This document shows, one piece after another, positions 45,841 to 59,889 of a stretch of DNA of 64,000 bases. Numbering within the stretch: the stretch's first letter is position 1; each line of letters starts with the position of its first letter. A program made the position numbers and the translations under genes. Origin of the DNA: Squalus acanthias (taxonomy: Eukaryota); NCBI GenBank assembly GCA_030390025.1, contig CM059433.1, positions 2,914,001 through 2,978,000 of the forward strand, given 5' to 3'. Under the pieces are notes generated by a model. That model ran no database searches and had not been told where the DNA came from. It saw nothing but the letters and a program-made list of their open reading frames with translations.

Positions 45841-47191
45841 GGGCGAATGTTAAGCCCCAAGGAAGGGTGGGTTGGGAGCGGGTAGAGCGGAAGCGCAAAC
45901 CGGCTGCAACGCGTCCACTTCCGGGTTTAAGGGAGGCGCGTTTGGGAACTGTCGAGAAACCGACTCGCCCAAGCCAGAGATTTCCTAATTGGATGCAAGC
46001 TGGTACTTAATGGCTCAATTAACATCCTTAAGAGACATTAATGAGGTATTTTAAAATTGTTTTTAACTTGGCTCCAAATTTAACTTGAACAGGACGGGTT
46101 TCCTGGGGCTCGGAAAATGGGCAAGGGAAACAAAGGCGAGTTTGAGCAGCAGTTCAGGTGGGTATTTAAACCGGTCATTGTCCCAGCTGAATAAAAGCTA
46201 ACTTATTGCAGCTGGTGTCTCAGTTCCCTCTGATAAATGTTTGGCAGAGATTGCTTGTGTGGATATAGCTTTTTTCAATTTTGGAGCCATTCAAGGTAAC
46301 AAGATCAGGACGGGAGGCGCCTTGGATGTGTTTGACAGCACATCAGAAGAGGAAGAGCATCACCATCCACAGCAGCGACGACGTACTGTGGTGGGATCAG
46401 CACGTGCACAGAAGAGAGGTCCACATGAGGGAGGTTTTCAGGTGGAGGAGGACAAAGGGGCTCAGCACTCATCTTCGGATGCGCAGAACATAGAGGTGGA
46501 GGAGCAGGAGGATGAAGGTGGGGCACCCATCACCAGACCAGATGCTTACACTGCTGCCGGGGAGGCCAGGGGTGTCCTAATATCGCAAAGTTTCACCTAG
46601 TGGGGAGCATAACAAATGAAAGCCTTGCAGTCTGCTCCCACCACCTGCACCAGCCCCACCCTCCCTTCCTTTGCACTAAACAGTCCTTCAAACACTCATC
46701 CACCCATTGCACATCCGCCTAATAGGTCCCGGTATGTATTGACATTCACCATAAAGCAAATGAAAGGGCGAGTTGGTCCTCGGGATGCAATAATGGGCAA
46801 GATGTGGAAGTGGTGCAAATCGTAAAATTTTATGTGGCAGTATAAAAAAAAGGAAACTTAACAGCATAACATTTTGTCAAACACCCATGTCAAATCCTTA
46901 GTGAATTACAATTCCTTTATCTTACACTTCCTGCCGCTTCTATGTGGAGCAGCCTGTGTGGCTTCAGCAGAGGCAGAGGCAGAGGCAGAGGCAGAGGCAG
47001 AGACAGAGGCAGAGGCAGAGGCTTCAGCAGAGGCAGAGGCAGAGGCAGAGGCAGGCTGCTCAGACCCCTGCTCTGGCTGCTGAGATGCTTTTGGCCGACA
47101 ACCTCTGGAAGTGGGCAGAAGCGAGGCGGGCACCACTTTTTCCACGAAACAGGCCTTAACAGCCGGCACTAAGGTGTCGAATTTCAGGCCC
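45841..47191. mobile_element. Internally deleted Harbinger derivative containing a (GCAGAG)n microsatellite (46966-47055)
   Basis: GGGCGAATGTT...GAATTTCAGGCCC ends. Acidic transposase C-terminus-like remnant at 46450-46600. Confidence 0.55.
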
Positions 47192-48699
47192 TTAGTCAAT
47201 AAAGAGGGGATTAGTTTCCTTTGGTACTGGTTAATACATTTGTGGAAAATGTGTGTTAGTTTAATACATTTATAACAGATTAATAATTACATTAAAATGT
47301 CATACATGTAAATATGGTATCCAGTGTACCACTCAAATGTTTAGTCAGTCTCCCAAATCACCCATTGGTTGATCAAGTGTACATGACCTGTATCAGAACA
47401 CACGGAGGAGGAGGTTCTGGTAATCTTGACTGGGCGATAGTGTAAAACTGGCGATAATGATTCAGCCGCCCGTTATACACCTCTCCCAATTTTCATTTCC
47501 GTTGTGGTATCATAATAATTGTGTTCCAAATTTACACTTGTGTCAGCGTAAGTCTAACATCGGGTTTGTAAGGTAACACTGGAGGGAGCCAGTTGCTCCT
47601 AATGGGTGCCCCAGATTCCTCTTCATCAAAAAACAAGGTTTTGATTGTTTATTTCTGGTGTGACAGCTTCTGTATGGCAGCTGCAACAGACATAACATGG
47701 AGGATGTTGATAGACATGCGCAGGTAACGAAGTTAGATCTGTGTGAGTGGAATGAAACAGGATGAGCGGTTTAACATGGCAGGTGTGAGTGAGCTGTTTC
47801 ACTCAAGTGACGCCGGGTCTGTTACCAATATAAGAGCAGCGTTAGAGATAAACAAACACGAGGTTTAGACATCCAGACGGAATATATGTAGCTGATCACA
47901 TGACATCGACTTGAAGTAATTTTTGTTATTAAATTCCCAGTCATGTCAAGTGGTATTTTTCCTTCTATATCTATGACATTAAGAGGGCGATCTTCCGTGG
48001 ATGTTCTCCCATCATTCACCGTAACTTTGGCAGAAGATTTGCAGAAACCCTGTGAAAACACTGTTTGCACCATTTATCCAGGGATTCCGCAGCTCTTCTG
48101 CTGAAGTTACGGCGAATGATCGGGCGAACCCCCCCTGTGAATTCCTGGTGCCTTTGGAAAAATATTTTGATACAGTGCATCATTGACCAAAAGCTCTCAC
48201 TTGCCCTTCAGCCAGAAGAAGGACAATCATAAAAAATAAGGAATTTGGACATGAGGCTGAGTTCGGATCGGTCATGGCACTGTGGGTAGCGTAGCGGGCC
48301 CAGGGGCCGTGTAGCCTGATTCTGCTCCTATTTCGTGTGTCCAATTCTGTTAGATTCAGGAGATGGTTCTGTGATAGTAGATTGGCGGTTAGGATCAGAT
48401 CAGCCATGATCTTATTGAATGGAGGAGCAGGCTCGAGGGGCCAATTGGCCTACTCTTGCTCCTATTTCTTATGTTCTTATGTAGAACGAAAGGCACCTTT
48501 GGTGAATAGCAGTGCTGATTTTCCTTTCTTCGCCAGTGTTGGCAAAACTCTAAATTATCGTCTTCATCAGCTGGGCGGCAATGTGCCGGAGCATGTTGCC
48601 CGCCCATTATAAAACACGCCTGACTTCAATGACCTGAAAATGGGGCGGGTTCTTAAAGGGGAAGGTGACCCGCTGTGCCAGATTACCAGCCAGGCAGCG

Positions 48700-49157
48700 A
48701 AAGAAAGACTTGCATTTCTATAGCGCCTTTCACGACCACCGGACGTCTCAGAGCGCTTTATAGCCAATGAAGCACTTTTGAAGTGTAGTCACTGTTGTAA
48801 TGTGGGAAACGCGGCAGACAATTTGCGCACAGCAAGCTCCCACAAACAGCAATGTGATAATGACCAGATAATCTGTTTTTGATATGTTGGTTGAGGGATA
48901 AATATTGGCCAGGACACTGGGATAACTCCCCTGCTCTTCTTCAAAATAGTGTCATGGGATCTTTTACATCCACCTGAGAGAGTAGACGGGGCCTCGGTTT
49001 AACGTCTCATCTGAAAGACGGCACCTCCGACAGTGCGGAACTCCCTCAGCACTGCATTGAGAGTGTCAGCCTAGCTTTATGTGCTTAAAGTGGGACTTGA
49101 ACCCACAACCTTCTAATTCAGAGGCAAGTGTGCTACCCACTGAGCCACAGCTGACAC
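48700..49157 (-). mobile_element. DeuSINE-type SINE
   Basis: Homologous to 34234-34684. Confidence 0.78.
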
Positions 49158-50019
49158 TAAAGACACAAGCGAAGACAAAAATCTACCCCGTGGTGTCATG
49201 TCAGTAGAAAATGTTCATTAACTACTCATGAGTGCTTAGCACTCTTCGGAGGAACTTTCACCCTCTAAGAATGGATTAATGAACAATCGTGAAAAGCGAG
49301 AAAGAAAACCAAATTGGAGATCTTGTTAATGTCAGCTTTCCACAGCTGCAGAGTGAATTGAAAAAAAGTGATTATACTCCTGGTCAGACCAACCAGTAAT
49401 GAACTTAACGAATGGGGACGTTTCAAATTATCGTCACGGAGGTAACAGGAGTGAATAAACCCTATAAATTGCAACAGTTTGAGTTTTAAAAAAACAGCGA
49501 TCATTGATAGCTGCTCAGCCTCCATGTTTTAGATTAAGGCTGTGTCCTCACATCCTATTGTGTCAAAATGACATGTTGCTTTAGTCTAAATGCCCATTGG
49601 AAACCAATGTATAATTAAATAAAGTGTCCTGTTCCATGAAAGGACACTTCGCACTTTAGTAAATCTGCACCTTATGATTGCAAGTTGGACTTGAAATACT
49701 CAAGAGTTGTGACTTTGCAGCGAGTGAATGCAATTGTTTATGACTGGCAGCTAGTTTAAAATATTCTTTGATTTACTGTATCTGCCTGCTGTGTGTTACA
49801 AATTAACGCAAGGATTTTGGGTGCAGTTTTGACTTACCAAAAGCAAAGAATACAAGTGATTTATGCATTGTCTACCCTGCACAATGACATACCAATTGGA
49901 CTTGGAGGTGCATTTCTATTGCTTTATGAACTTTCCCTGGATTATGGTTTGCTCAGTCTCAGTGTATTTGGAGATAATGTTTAGTTTTCACTTTGCATTA
50001 TTCTCTATTAAATAGACAT

Positions 50020-52041
50020 GGGCCTAGAAATTGGGTGCCATTATTGATAGGGGCTTACAGAAGAGCATCACCTCACTCCTGAACTTTGTTCCCGTGCAGA
50101 GCTGTAGGAGTGCTGAGGCACAGTCCCAGGACAGTGGTCTTGGCTCCACGGGAGAGGCTCCTGCTGCCCTCTCTCAAGAAGACTGCCTCAGGCCACGCCG
50201 AGATGCTGCAGTTTGCAGCCGGGTCCTCAGGTCCCAGCGCTGCTTGAGGTCGCCCAGCACGTCCACCTGAAGTGTCCTCAATGGAAGCTCAGCAGCCTTC
50301 CACCTCTCAAGCTGTAGCCATTGTGGGAACACTTGATAGGGAAATAAGGACAGAAGACTGGCACTAAGTGCTTGCACAAGGGTGATTCTTAATTATTTCT
50401 GTTAACTGTTAGATACAGATGGAATTAAGTTGTTGGATAAATTGTTTTTTGTTCTGGATTTGGTGTTGGTGGTTTGTTTTATTTGTTTTTATGGGATGTG
50501 GGCGTCGCTAGCAAGGCCAGCATTTATTCCCCATCCCTAATTGCCCTTGAGAAGGTGGTGGTGAGCCGCCTTCTTGAACCGCTGCAGTCCGTGTGGTGAA
50601 GGTACTCCCACAGTGCTGTTTGGGAGGGAGTTCCAGGATTTTGACTCAGCGACGATGAAGGAACGGCCGATATACTTCCAAGTCAGGATGATGTGTGACT
50701 TGGAGGGGAACTTGGAGGTGGTGATGTTCCCATGCATCTGCTGCCCTTGTCCTTCTAGGTGGAAGAGGTCGCGGGTTTGGGAGGTGCTGCCGAAGAAGCC
50801 TTGGCGAGTTGCTGCAGTGCATCTTGTAGATGGTACACACTGCAGTCACGGTACGCCGGTGGTGGAGGGAGTGAATATTTAAGGTGGTGGATGGGGTGCC
50901 AATCAAGCAGGCTGCTTAGTCCTGGATGGTGTCGAGCTTCTTGAGTGTTGTTGGAGCTGCACTCATCCAGGCAAGTGGAGAGTATTCCATCACACTCCTG
51001 ACTTGTGCCTTGTAGATGGTGGAAAGGCTTTGGGGAGTCAGGAGGTGAGACACTCGCCGCAGAATACCCAGCCTCTGACCTGCTCTTATTGCCACAGTAT
51101 TTATGTGGCTGGTCCAGTTAAGTTCCTGGTCAATGGTGACCCCCCAGGATGTTGATGGTGGGGGATTCGGTGATGGTAATGCCGTTGAATGTCGAGGGGC
51201 GGTGGTTAGACTCTCGCTTGTTTATATTTGTAGCGAAGGGCGGACAATTCCCTTAAGGCTGGACTGAAGGGAGGCAATTGGATGATCGCAGTAAAGACAG
51301 TGGTAAAGATTGTGGGACTGTTGGTGTATTGGAGATGGGAGGGATGGTTTAGGAGCTGCTCTCTGAGAGCTCTGGCAGCTAGGGGCACTGGTGGGTAATG
51401 CCTCTCCTCTTCCTCCTCTTCATGTTCCTTCTCCTCCTCCTCCTGCTCCTGCTGCACTCCCAGGTGCCCAGGTGGTGGTAACGGTTGGTCCCTCATGATG
51501 GCAAAATTATGGAGCATGCAGCAGACAACCAAAAATCTGGATACCTGCTCAGGGGTGTAAAGCAAATCTCCTCCCAAATGGTTCAGGCAGTGGAAGCGTT
51601 ACTTGAGCACGCCAATTGTTCGTTCGATAAGGTTTTTGTGGCTGCATGGCTCTCAATTTAGGCCGGTTCTACTGCTGCGCCCCCAGTTCCTGACAGTAGT
51701 CACGAGCCACGTCTGGAGTGATTAGCCCTTGTCGCCCAATAGCCAGAGTGTAATTTGACAGCCTGGCTGGAATAAAGGCGGCAGTGTGGACTGGCGCAGG
51801 ATGAATGAGTCATGACTGCAGCCAGGATATTAGACACAGATTTGCATGATATGTTGCCTGTGGTTGTAAACCAGCTGTACGTTGAGCGACTGAAATCCCT
51901 TTCGATTGAGAAAGATGCAAGCCTGGTGATGGGTCGTACACACGGCAATGTGAGTGCAGTCTATGCATTATTGGGCTGGGTTAGCATCTTGCCCCCAATG
52001 CATGTGTAGCACACATTGCACTGAGGCCACAGTTTCAGCCC
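50020..52041. mobile_element. Degenerate Harbinger element with nested LINE
   Basis: GGGCCTAGAAATT...AGTTTCAGCCC with CAT flanks. Transposase remnant on minus (CCMLHNFAIMR, 51330-51970). Confidence 0.7.
50490..51220 (-). mobile_element. CR1-group (L2/Crack-like) LINE 3' fragment
   Basis: IHSLHHRRTV..CTIYKMHC, SFIVAESKSWNSLP, FKKAAHHHLL. Confidence 0.75.
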
Positions 52042-52453
52042 CATATTTCAGTATTCTAGCTAATTTATTGATTGCAGATCTGTAATGATTTGACATGTTA
52101 AGGGCTGAGTCTACGAACAGCTCGCTATCTCCTAAACTCACCTTTAGCTATTCTACAACAGATTTATCTTCCAATTTGCAGTATTTTATTTGTATTAGAT
52201 TTGACCTGCTGCTTTTTTTCAATTCATTTCCAGATTTTAAATGCAATTCTTTTGTCAGATCCTGGCTGTTTCCTCCATCTTGACATCCCCCCCTTGTTTG
52301 GTATCATAGATAGTCATAGAGTCATAGAGTTATACAACACAGAAAGAGGCCCTTCGGCCCATCGTGTCCGCGCCGGCCATCAAGCCCTGTCTATTCTAAT
52401 CCCATTTTCCAGCACTTGGTCCCTAGCCTTGTATGCTATGGCGTTTCAAGTGC

Positions 52454-55200
52454 TCATCTAAATGCTTCTTGAATGTTGAGGGTTCCTGCCTCTACCACCC
52501 TTTCAGGCAGTGAGTTCCAGATTCCAACCACCCTCTGGGTGAAAAAGTTTTTCCTCAAATCCCCTCTAAACCTCCTGCCCCTTACCTTGAAACTATGTCC
52601 CCTGGTTACTGACCCCTCTACTAAGGGGAAAAGTTCCTTTCTATCTACCCTATCTATGCCCCTCATAACGTTGTACACCTCAATCAGGTCCCCCCTCAGC
52701 CTTCTCTGCTCTAAGGAAAACAACCCCAGCCTGTCCAGTCTCTCTTCATAGCTGGAGCGCTCCAGCCCAGGTAACATCCTGGTGAATCTCCTCTGCACCC
52801 TCTCCAATGCAATCACATCCTTCCTATAATGTGGTGACCAGAACTGCACACAGTATTCCAGCTGTGGCCTAACTAGTGTTTTGTACAGCTCCATCATAAC
52901 CTCCCTGCTCTTATATTCTATGCCTCGGCTAATGAAGGCAAGTATCCCATATGCCTACTTAACCATCTTATCTACCTGTCCTGCTGCCTTCAGGGATCTA
53001 TGTAAATGCACGCCAAGGTCCCTCTGATCCTCTGTCCTTCCTAGGGTCCTACCATTCATTGTGTATTCCCTTGCCTTGTTAGTCCTCCCAAAATGCATCA
53101 CCTCACATTTTTCAGGGTTAAATTCCATTTGCCACTGTTCTGCCCATCTGACCAACCCGTCTATATCGTCCTGTAGCCTGAGGCTTCCCTCCTCGCTATT
53201 TACCACCCCACCAATTTTCGTGTCATCTGCAAACTTACTGATCATACCTCCTACATTCATATCTAAATCATTAATGTACACTACAAACAGCAAAGGACCC
53301 AGCACCGATCCCTGCGGTACACCACTGGACACAAGCTTCCAGTCACAAAAACAACCTTCGACCATCACCCTCTGCCTCCTGCCACTAAGCCAATTTTGGA
53401 TCCAATGTGCCAAGTTGCCCTGGATCCCATGGGCTTTTACCTTCTTGACCAGTCTCCCATGCGGGACTTTGTCAAAAGCCTTATTTAAGTCCATGTATAC
53501 ACATCAACAGCACTACCCTCATCCACACACCTAGTCACCCCCTCGAAAAATTCAATCAAATTGGTCAGACATGATCTCCCCCTGACAAAGCCATGCTGAC
53601 TATCCTTGATTAATCCTTGCCTCTCCAAGTGGAGACTAATTCTGTCCCTCAGAATTTTTTCCAATAATTTCCCTACCACTGATGTTAGGCTCACTGGCCT
53701 GTAATTCCCTGGTTTATCCCTACTACCCTTCTTGAATAATGGTACTACGTTAGCTGTTCTCCAGTCCTCTGGCACCTCCCCTGTGGACAGAGAGGTTCTG
53801 AAAATTTGTGTCAGAGCCCCTGCAATCTCCTCCCTTGCCTCACACAGCAGCCTGAGATACATCTCGTCTGGGCCTGGGGATTTATCCACTTTTAAGCCTG
53901 CTAAAACCGCTAGTACCTCCTCCCTCTCAATACTAATTTGTTCAAGTATATCACAATCCCCCTGCCTGATTTCTATGCCTACATCGTCCTTCTCCATGGT
54001 GAACACAGATGCAAAATATTCATTTAAAACCTCACCTACATCTTCCGGCTCTACACACAGATTGCCACTTTGGTCCCTAATGGGCCCTACTCTTTCCCTG
54101 GTTATCCTCTTGCCCTTAATATACTTATAAAACACCTTGAGATTTTCCTTTATTTTGCCTGCCAGTGTTATTTCATGCCCCCTCTTCGCTCTCCTAATTT
54201 CTTTTTTAAGTACCCCCCTGCACTTTCTATACTTCTCTAGGGCTTCCACTGTTTTTAGTCCTTTGTATCTGCCAAAAGCCTCCCTTTTTTTCCTAATCCA
54301 TTCTCGTATATCCCTTGACATCCAGGGTTCCCTGGGCTTGTTGGTCCCACCCTTGACCTTTATGGGAACATGTTGCCGTTGTACTCTCTCTATTTCCTTT
54401 CTGAAAGACTCCCACTGCTCTGATGTGGATTTTCCTACAAGTAGCTGATCCCAGTCCACTTTGGCCAGATCCTGTCTTACCATATTAAAATCAGCCTTCC
54501 CCCAATTTAGAACCTTTATCTCCGGTCCATCTTTGTCCTTTTCCATGACTAGCTTAAATCTCACCGAATTATGGTCACTGTCACCAAAATGCTCTCCTAC
54601 TGACACTTCTACCACTTGCCCGGCTACATTCCCTAGAATTAGGTCCAGTACCGTCCCCTCTCTTGTAGGACTTTCTACATGCTGGCTCAAAAAGCTCTCC
54701 TGGATGCACTTTAAGAATTCCGCACCCTCTAAGCCTTTCACACTCTGACTATCCCAGTTAATATTGGGGAAGTTGAAATCCCCTACTATTATTACCCTAT
54801 TATTTCTACACTTGTCTAAGATTTGCCTACATATCTGTTCCTCTATTTCCCCCTGAGTGTTTGGGGGCTTATAGTACACTCGCAGCAAAGTGCTTGCCCC
54901 CTTTTTGTTTTTAAGTTCTACCCATATGGCCTCATTAGAGGAACCTGCTAAGACATCATCCCTCCTTACAGCAGTAATTGACTCCTTGATTAATATTGCG
55001 ACACCCCCTCCTCTTTTACACCCCACTCTGTCTCGCCTGAAGATACTATACTATATTGAGCTGCCAGTCCTGCCCCTCCCTCAACCATGTCTCTGTGATA
55101 GCAACAATATCATACTCCCATGTGTTCATCAACACCTTCAATTCATCTGCCTTACTCGCAAGACTCCTTGCATTAAAATAAATGCCATCCAGCCTTGCCA
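52454..55200 (-). pseudogene. CR1 ORF2: APE endonuclease + reverse transcriptase
   Basis: YFNARS, AITETWL, VGDFN, SDH, PGPD, NYRPVSLTS, VPQGSVLGP, KFADD. Confidence 0.92.
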
Positions 55201-55325
55201 TACTCCTTTGTGCCATTACATATTTGCTCTGCCTTCCATGCTGACTTGTTTTTTCCTCTATATTTGGCTGTGCATCACCCCCTACTATAGCTCCACTCCG
55301 TATCTTATCCCCCTGCCAAGTTAGT

Positions 55326-56261
55326 TTAAACCCCCCCCCCAACAGTACTAGCAAACCTCCCCGCAAAGATGTTGGTCCCGTTCCGGTTCAGGTGCAACCC
55401 GTCCGACTTGTACAGGTCCCACCTTCCCCATAAGCAGACCCAGTGATCCAGGAAACTAAAGCCCTCCCTCCTGCACCAACTCTTTAGCCATGCATTCATC
55501 TGCTCTATCCTCCTATTCCTATACTCACTAGCACGTGGCACCGGGAGTAATCCAGAGATTACAACATTTGAGGTCCTGCTTTTTAATTTGCTTCCTAGCT
55601 CCCTAAATTCTTGTTACAGGACCTCATCCCTCTTTCTACCCATGTCGTTGGTACCAATGTGAACCACGGCCTCTGACTGTTCGCCCTCCCCCTTCAGAAT
55701 GCCCTGCAGCCATTCAGTGACATCCTTGACCCTGGCACCAGGGAGGCAACATACCATCCTGGAGCCACAGAAACGTCTATCTGTTCCCCTTACGATAGAA
55801 TCTCCTGTCACTATTGCTCTCCCATTCTTTTTCCTCCCCTCCTGTGCAGCTGAGCCAGTCGTAGTGCCACGGACTTGGCTCTTGCTGCATTCCCCTGAGA
55901 AACCATCTCCCCCATCAGTATCCATAACGGAAAATCTGTCGGAGAGGGAGATGGACCCAGGGGACTTCTGCATTACCTTCCTAGTTCTTTTACTCTGTCT
56001 GGTGGTCACCCATTCCCTGTCTGCCTGTGCACTCTTTACCTGCAGTGTGACCACCTTGTTAAATGTGCTATCCACGAAGATCCCAGCTTCGCGGATGCTC
56101 CACAGTGACTCCAGCCGCAGCTCCAGCTCCGAAACGCGGATTTCGAGTAGCTGCAGCTGGAGACACTTCCTGCACATGTGTTCGCCCTGGACACCTAAAG
56201 TGTCCCTGACTTCCAACATAGCACAGGAGGAGCACTCCACATTGCCGAGCTGCCCTGCCAT
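55326..56261 (-). pseudogene. CR1 ORF1: Zn-finger/coiled coil + SGNH/GDSL esterase
   Basis: CSSC...CRKC, LEIRVSELELRL, GDSIVRG, VHIGTND, DGLHLN. One internal stop. Confidence 0.85.
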
Positions 56262-57292
56262 GTCCTACCCTTAATTTACTCCTTTTCAATTAAAGAATTT
56301 TAAATACACTAGGGACCTTACTTCCCTTTAAACACTACTTACTCCAAACTAGAAACCTTACTTTTACTTTAATGACTGGAATGTAGAAATACTGTAGAAA
56401 TACTCATCGCTGGTTCTCTGTCCGCTCTTGTGCAGCTTTTTAGCTCCTGCTCTCCTGGAAGCTGACAAAGATGGAAAAAGAAAGGAACACCTCCCTCCCC
56501 GAACTCCCTCACTCACCAAACTCGCAGTTTAACACTCTGTTCCGATCTGCACTCATCTGTTTATTTATTTTGATATCATCTGTTAACTTAACCAATAGGG
56601 TTGGGTGGGAGGTTAAAGTGTTGAAAATCTGAATCCTGACCCCAACCCGCCTCCAACCCGCCCACTTCTGGTTTTAGCGGGGGCGGGACGAGGCGGGCGG
56701 CCAACCCGCTCCCAGGAGACGGGCTGGCCCTTTAAATATTATAATGAGGATGCGTGCCTCATTTTGAAGCTCCATTTTAAATTTAACTCTGGGCGGCTGG
56801 GTTTCCCGGGCCTCAGAGAACCCGGCAGATAAAGGAAGGCCAGGACTGCTGGATCCAGGAGTAAGTGCCTTTCCATTACCTGCTGGATGCAGCGTTCCTG
56901 CACTGCCAACCACCTGCGATTGCACACCCCACCCCAAACCTCTCCACCCACTCCCCACTCAAATCTGCCCCTCCCCGGCCTCCGCCTGGCCTCCGACCCC
57001 CCCTAGGCCCGATGTCCGATGCCCTCCCCTTGATCTCTGACCCCACCGTCCACCTTCACTTGAGGTGGCGAGCAGCAGCAGGAAGCCGGCTCCAGGGATG
57101 CTGTTTAAAGGGATCATCACCAATCATTCGCACCTGTCAGGGTTTTGAAGTCTGAGTGGCTGGGTGTTAGTTCCTGCTACTGCAGCAGTTTTCTTCAGTT
57201 AAAGGTTCAATGGTATCAGGGAATGTTCTGACAAGTTCAAAACTCCGTAATTATTTCTGAAAAGCTTCAAATTACAACCCTTGCTAAAAATC

Positions 57293-58424
57293 ATGGGGGC
57301 TGTACTGGCAGCGAGAAAGACGGGAACATGTGAGCAGAGCGAGGAGGAGGGCCATCAGGGCTCTCGACAGGAGGCCTTACCCTCCGAGGGTATTCCGACA
57401 TCACTTCTCCTACCTTCAATTAAGTGAGGAGCAGTGTATTAGAAGGCTTCACTTCACCAAGGAGGTGGTCACAGAACTCTGCCATCTCCTGCAACCTGAC
57501 CTCCAGCCTCAGACCAGGGCGACCACGGCTCTCCCAGTGGCAGTCAGGGCCACCGTGGCACTCAATTTCTTTGCCAGCGGATCCTTCCAGTCTGTAGCAG
57601 GAGACATACCTAACATCTCACAGTTCGCCGTCCATCGCTGCATCCGGGAGGTCACAGAGGCTCTCTACAGCAGGAGAAAGGACTAAATTGCCTTCCCGAT
57701 CACCAGAGAGAAGCAGGACGAGCGTGCATGTGGCTTTGCTAGGATAGCGGGATTCCTCATGGTGCAGGGCGCCATTGACTGCAACCACATGGCTTTGCGG
57801 GCACCACATAACAATCCTGAGATCTTCCGCAACCGCAAAGGCTACCACTCACTTAATGTGCCTTTGGTGTGCGACCACAGACAGCGAATCCTCACCGTCA
57901 ATGCCCGCTATCCTGGCAGCAGCCACGATGCCTTCATCCTGCGCCAGACCGGTGTTCCAGCACTCTTCCAGCCACCACATCAAGCTCGCAGCTGGCTGGT
58001 CAGAGACAAGGGCTATCCGCTCTCCACCTGGTGCATGACTCCCGTCTGCAACCCCAACACTCGTGCACAGCACTCATATAATGAGAGCCATACTGCGACC
58101 AGGAACATCATCGAGCAGACCATCGGGCTGCTGAAGCAATGGTTCCACTGCCTTGACCACCCGGGAGGCACCCTCCAGTACTCGCCGGAGCGGGTGTCCC
58201 ATTCCGTGATGGCCTGTTGCATGCTTCACAACTTGGCCATCATGAGGGCACAGCCCTTGCCAGCAGGGTTTGCGGGACCACCTCAGGAGGACGACGAGGC
58301 AGAGGAGGATGAGGAGGAAGAGGACGAGGAGGAGGAGGAAGAGGAGAGAGGGAGGAGGCAGCGAGACAATCGGCCTTCTGGATGGGCTGTCCGTGACTGG
58401 CTCATCAGACTCCGATTCACATAA
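57293..58424 (+). pseudogene. Harbinger family B DDE transposase (stop at 57686)
   Basis: LSEEQCIRRLHFTK, GAIDCNH, RKGYHSLNV, YPGSSHDAFI, DKGY, CCMLHN. Close to 21083-22303. Confidence 0.9.
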
Positions 58425-58779
58425 ATGAAACCCCAGATCCCCGTAGCTCACCACATCCCCATCATTCAATCTCAATCTCATGGCGTATCACAGCATCCTC
58501 CTGGGTGCAAAGGTGAAATGAAAGAGACCACAAAATATTCCAAACACCATTAATGAATGTATCTATAAACATATCACATATATCACATGAATTCTAATAA
58601 CTAATGACCCTTATGCCTGCCATAGTTGAATAGCTGTCATTGTGTGCAAGGTGTGAGATGTGGGTGTGAGTGTGCTAGGTAGAGATTGTTGGTGGGTGAG
58701 TATTGGGGGTGTGGTGCATTGAGCTGTGTGTGAAGCTTGTGGTACAGATGATGATATGTAGCATTTGTTGAAGCCTTCA

Positions 58780-59363
58780 CTCACCCTGACCACCCATGTG
58801 AGGTATTTAAACTTCTTCCTGCACTGGTTGTGGGTCCTGGGGACCGCAGTGCTGCCCGTGACATGGTGTGCCACCTCCCTCCACATAGTCTGGCAGACTT
58901 GTGGCGAGGGCCTCCTGTCTGTTGTCAGGTGCAGGACCGTCCGCCTTCTCTCCACTGCTAAAGCCAATGCCTCCAAAGCATCATCAGAAAACCGCCGGGC
59001 TCTTTCCCTGGGTTTGCGATCTGCCGCCAGGATTTGTAATTAAGTGCTACTTCTCCTTGTCCTTCTTCTTATGGTTGGCAAAGCTGAGAATGAGGAGCTG
59101 CAGCATCAATGAACCTCCCCTTTAAGTAGTGAAAAAAGCCCGTGGCAATCATTACTTGCGTTTAGACTGCCCCCGATATTGGTCCAGCTTTTCAGTGCAT
59201 GCCAACGAGCTTGAACTTTTAGATGAGAATCATGACTGTAATCATTTTAATGAGGAGTGAGGACGAATTTTGTGTGCAGCCTAGACGATTTTCAGGTCGC
59301 GCTACTTAACCATTTTTAGTCTAAACACAGCCCATTTCTTGGCTATAACGAATTTCTAGCCCC
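58780..59363 (-). mobile_element. Harbinger family B Myb exon 1 and terminus
   Basis: EALALAVERRR...WREVA...QCRKKFKYLT, GTGAGT donor, end GAATTTCTAGCCCC. Confidence 0.75.
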
Positions 59364-59889
59364 TGCAGATTGGTCTATTTTTATGTGGAACCCCCCACAC
59401 TTGCCAGGAAGATCTTTGGAATTTGGGGTATTTTAGCTCCTTCTCTCCAGGCAAATAGATTATCTCCTCCTCAGGAAACATGATGAATAGTTAATCATTA
59501 GACTATTGAGAAGTGCAATTGAGTCCTTACAAGCAGATGCCAGGAGCTTCTCACAAGTGGGATGGTGAGCAGCACAACTCACCATAAAATGTGTGCGTGC
59601 ATTGCCGCCCTCCTCCTGATCATTGCATAAACACAGACCATCGAATCATACAGCAGCGAAGGAGGCCATTCGGCCCATCGTCTCTGTGCCAGCTATTTAA
59701 AAGATCTATCCAATTAGTCTCACTCCCCTGCTCTTTCCTCATGGCCCTGCAAATTTCTCCTTTTCAAGTATTTATCCAATTCCCTTTTGAAAGTTACTGT
59801 TGAATCTTCTTTCTCCACCCTTTCAGGCAGTGCATTCCAGATCATAACAACTCGCTGCGTAAAAAATGTCTCCTCATAAAAAAAGAAAA

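Larger units (their letters stand above)
52305..56560 (-). mobile_element. Near full-length CR1 LINE (5' UTR, ORF1, ORF2, 3' tail)
   Basis: ORF1 at about 56261-55326 and ORF2 at about 55200-52450, with frameshifts. (CTATGACT)n tail. Confidence 0.95.

Noticed and set aside
46874..47199. EA, RG and QR repeat ORFs
   Set aside because: Translations of a (GCAGAG)n microsatellite.
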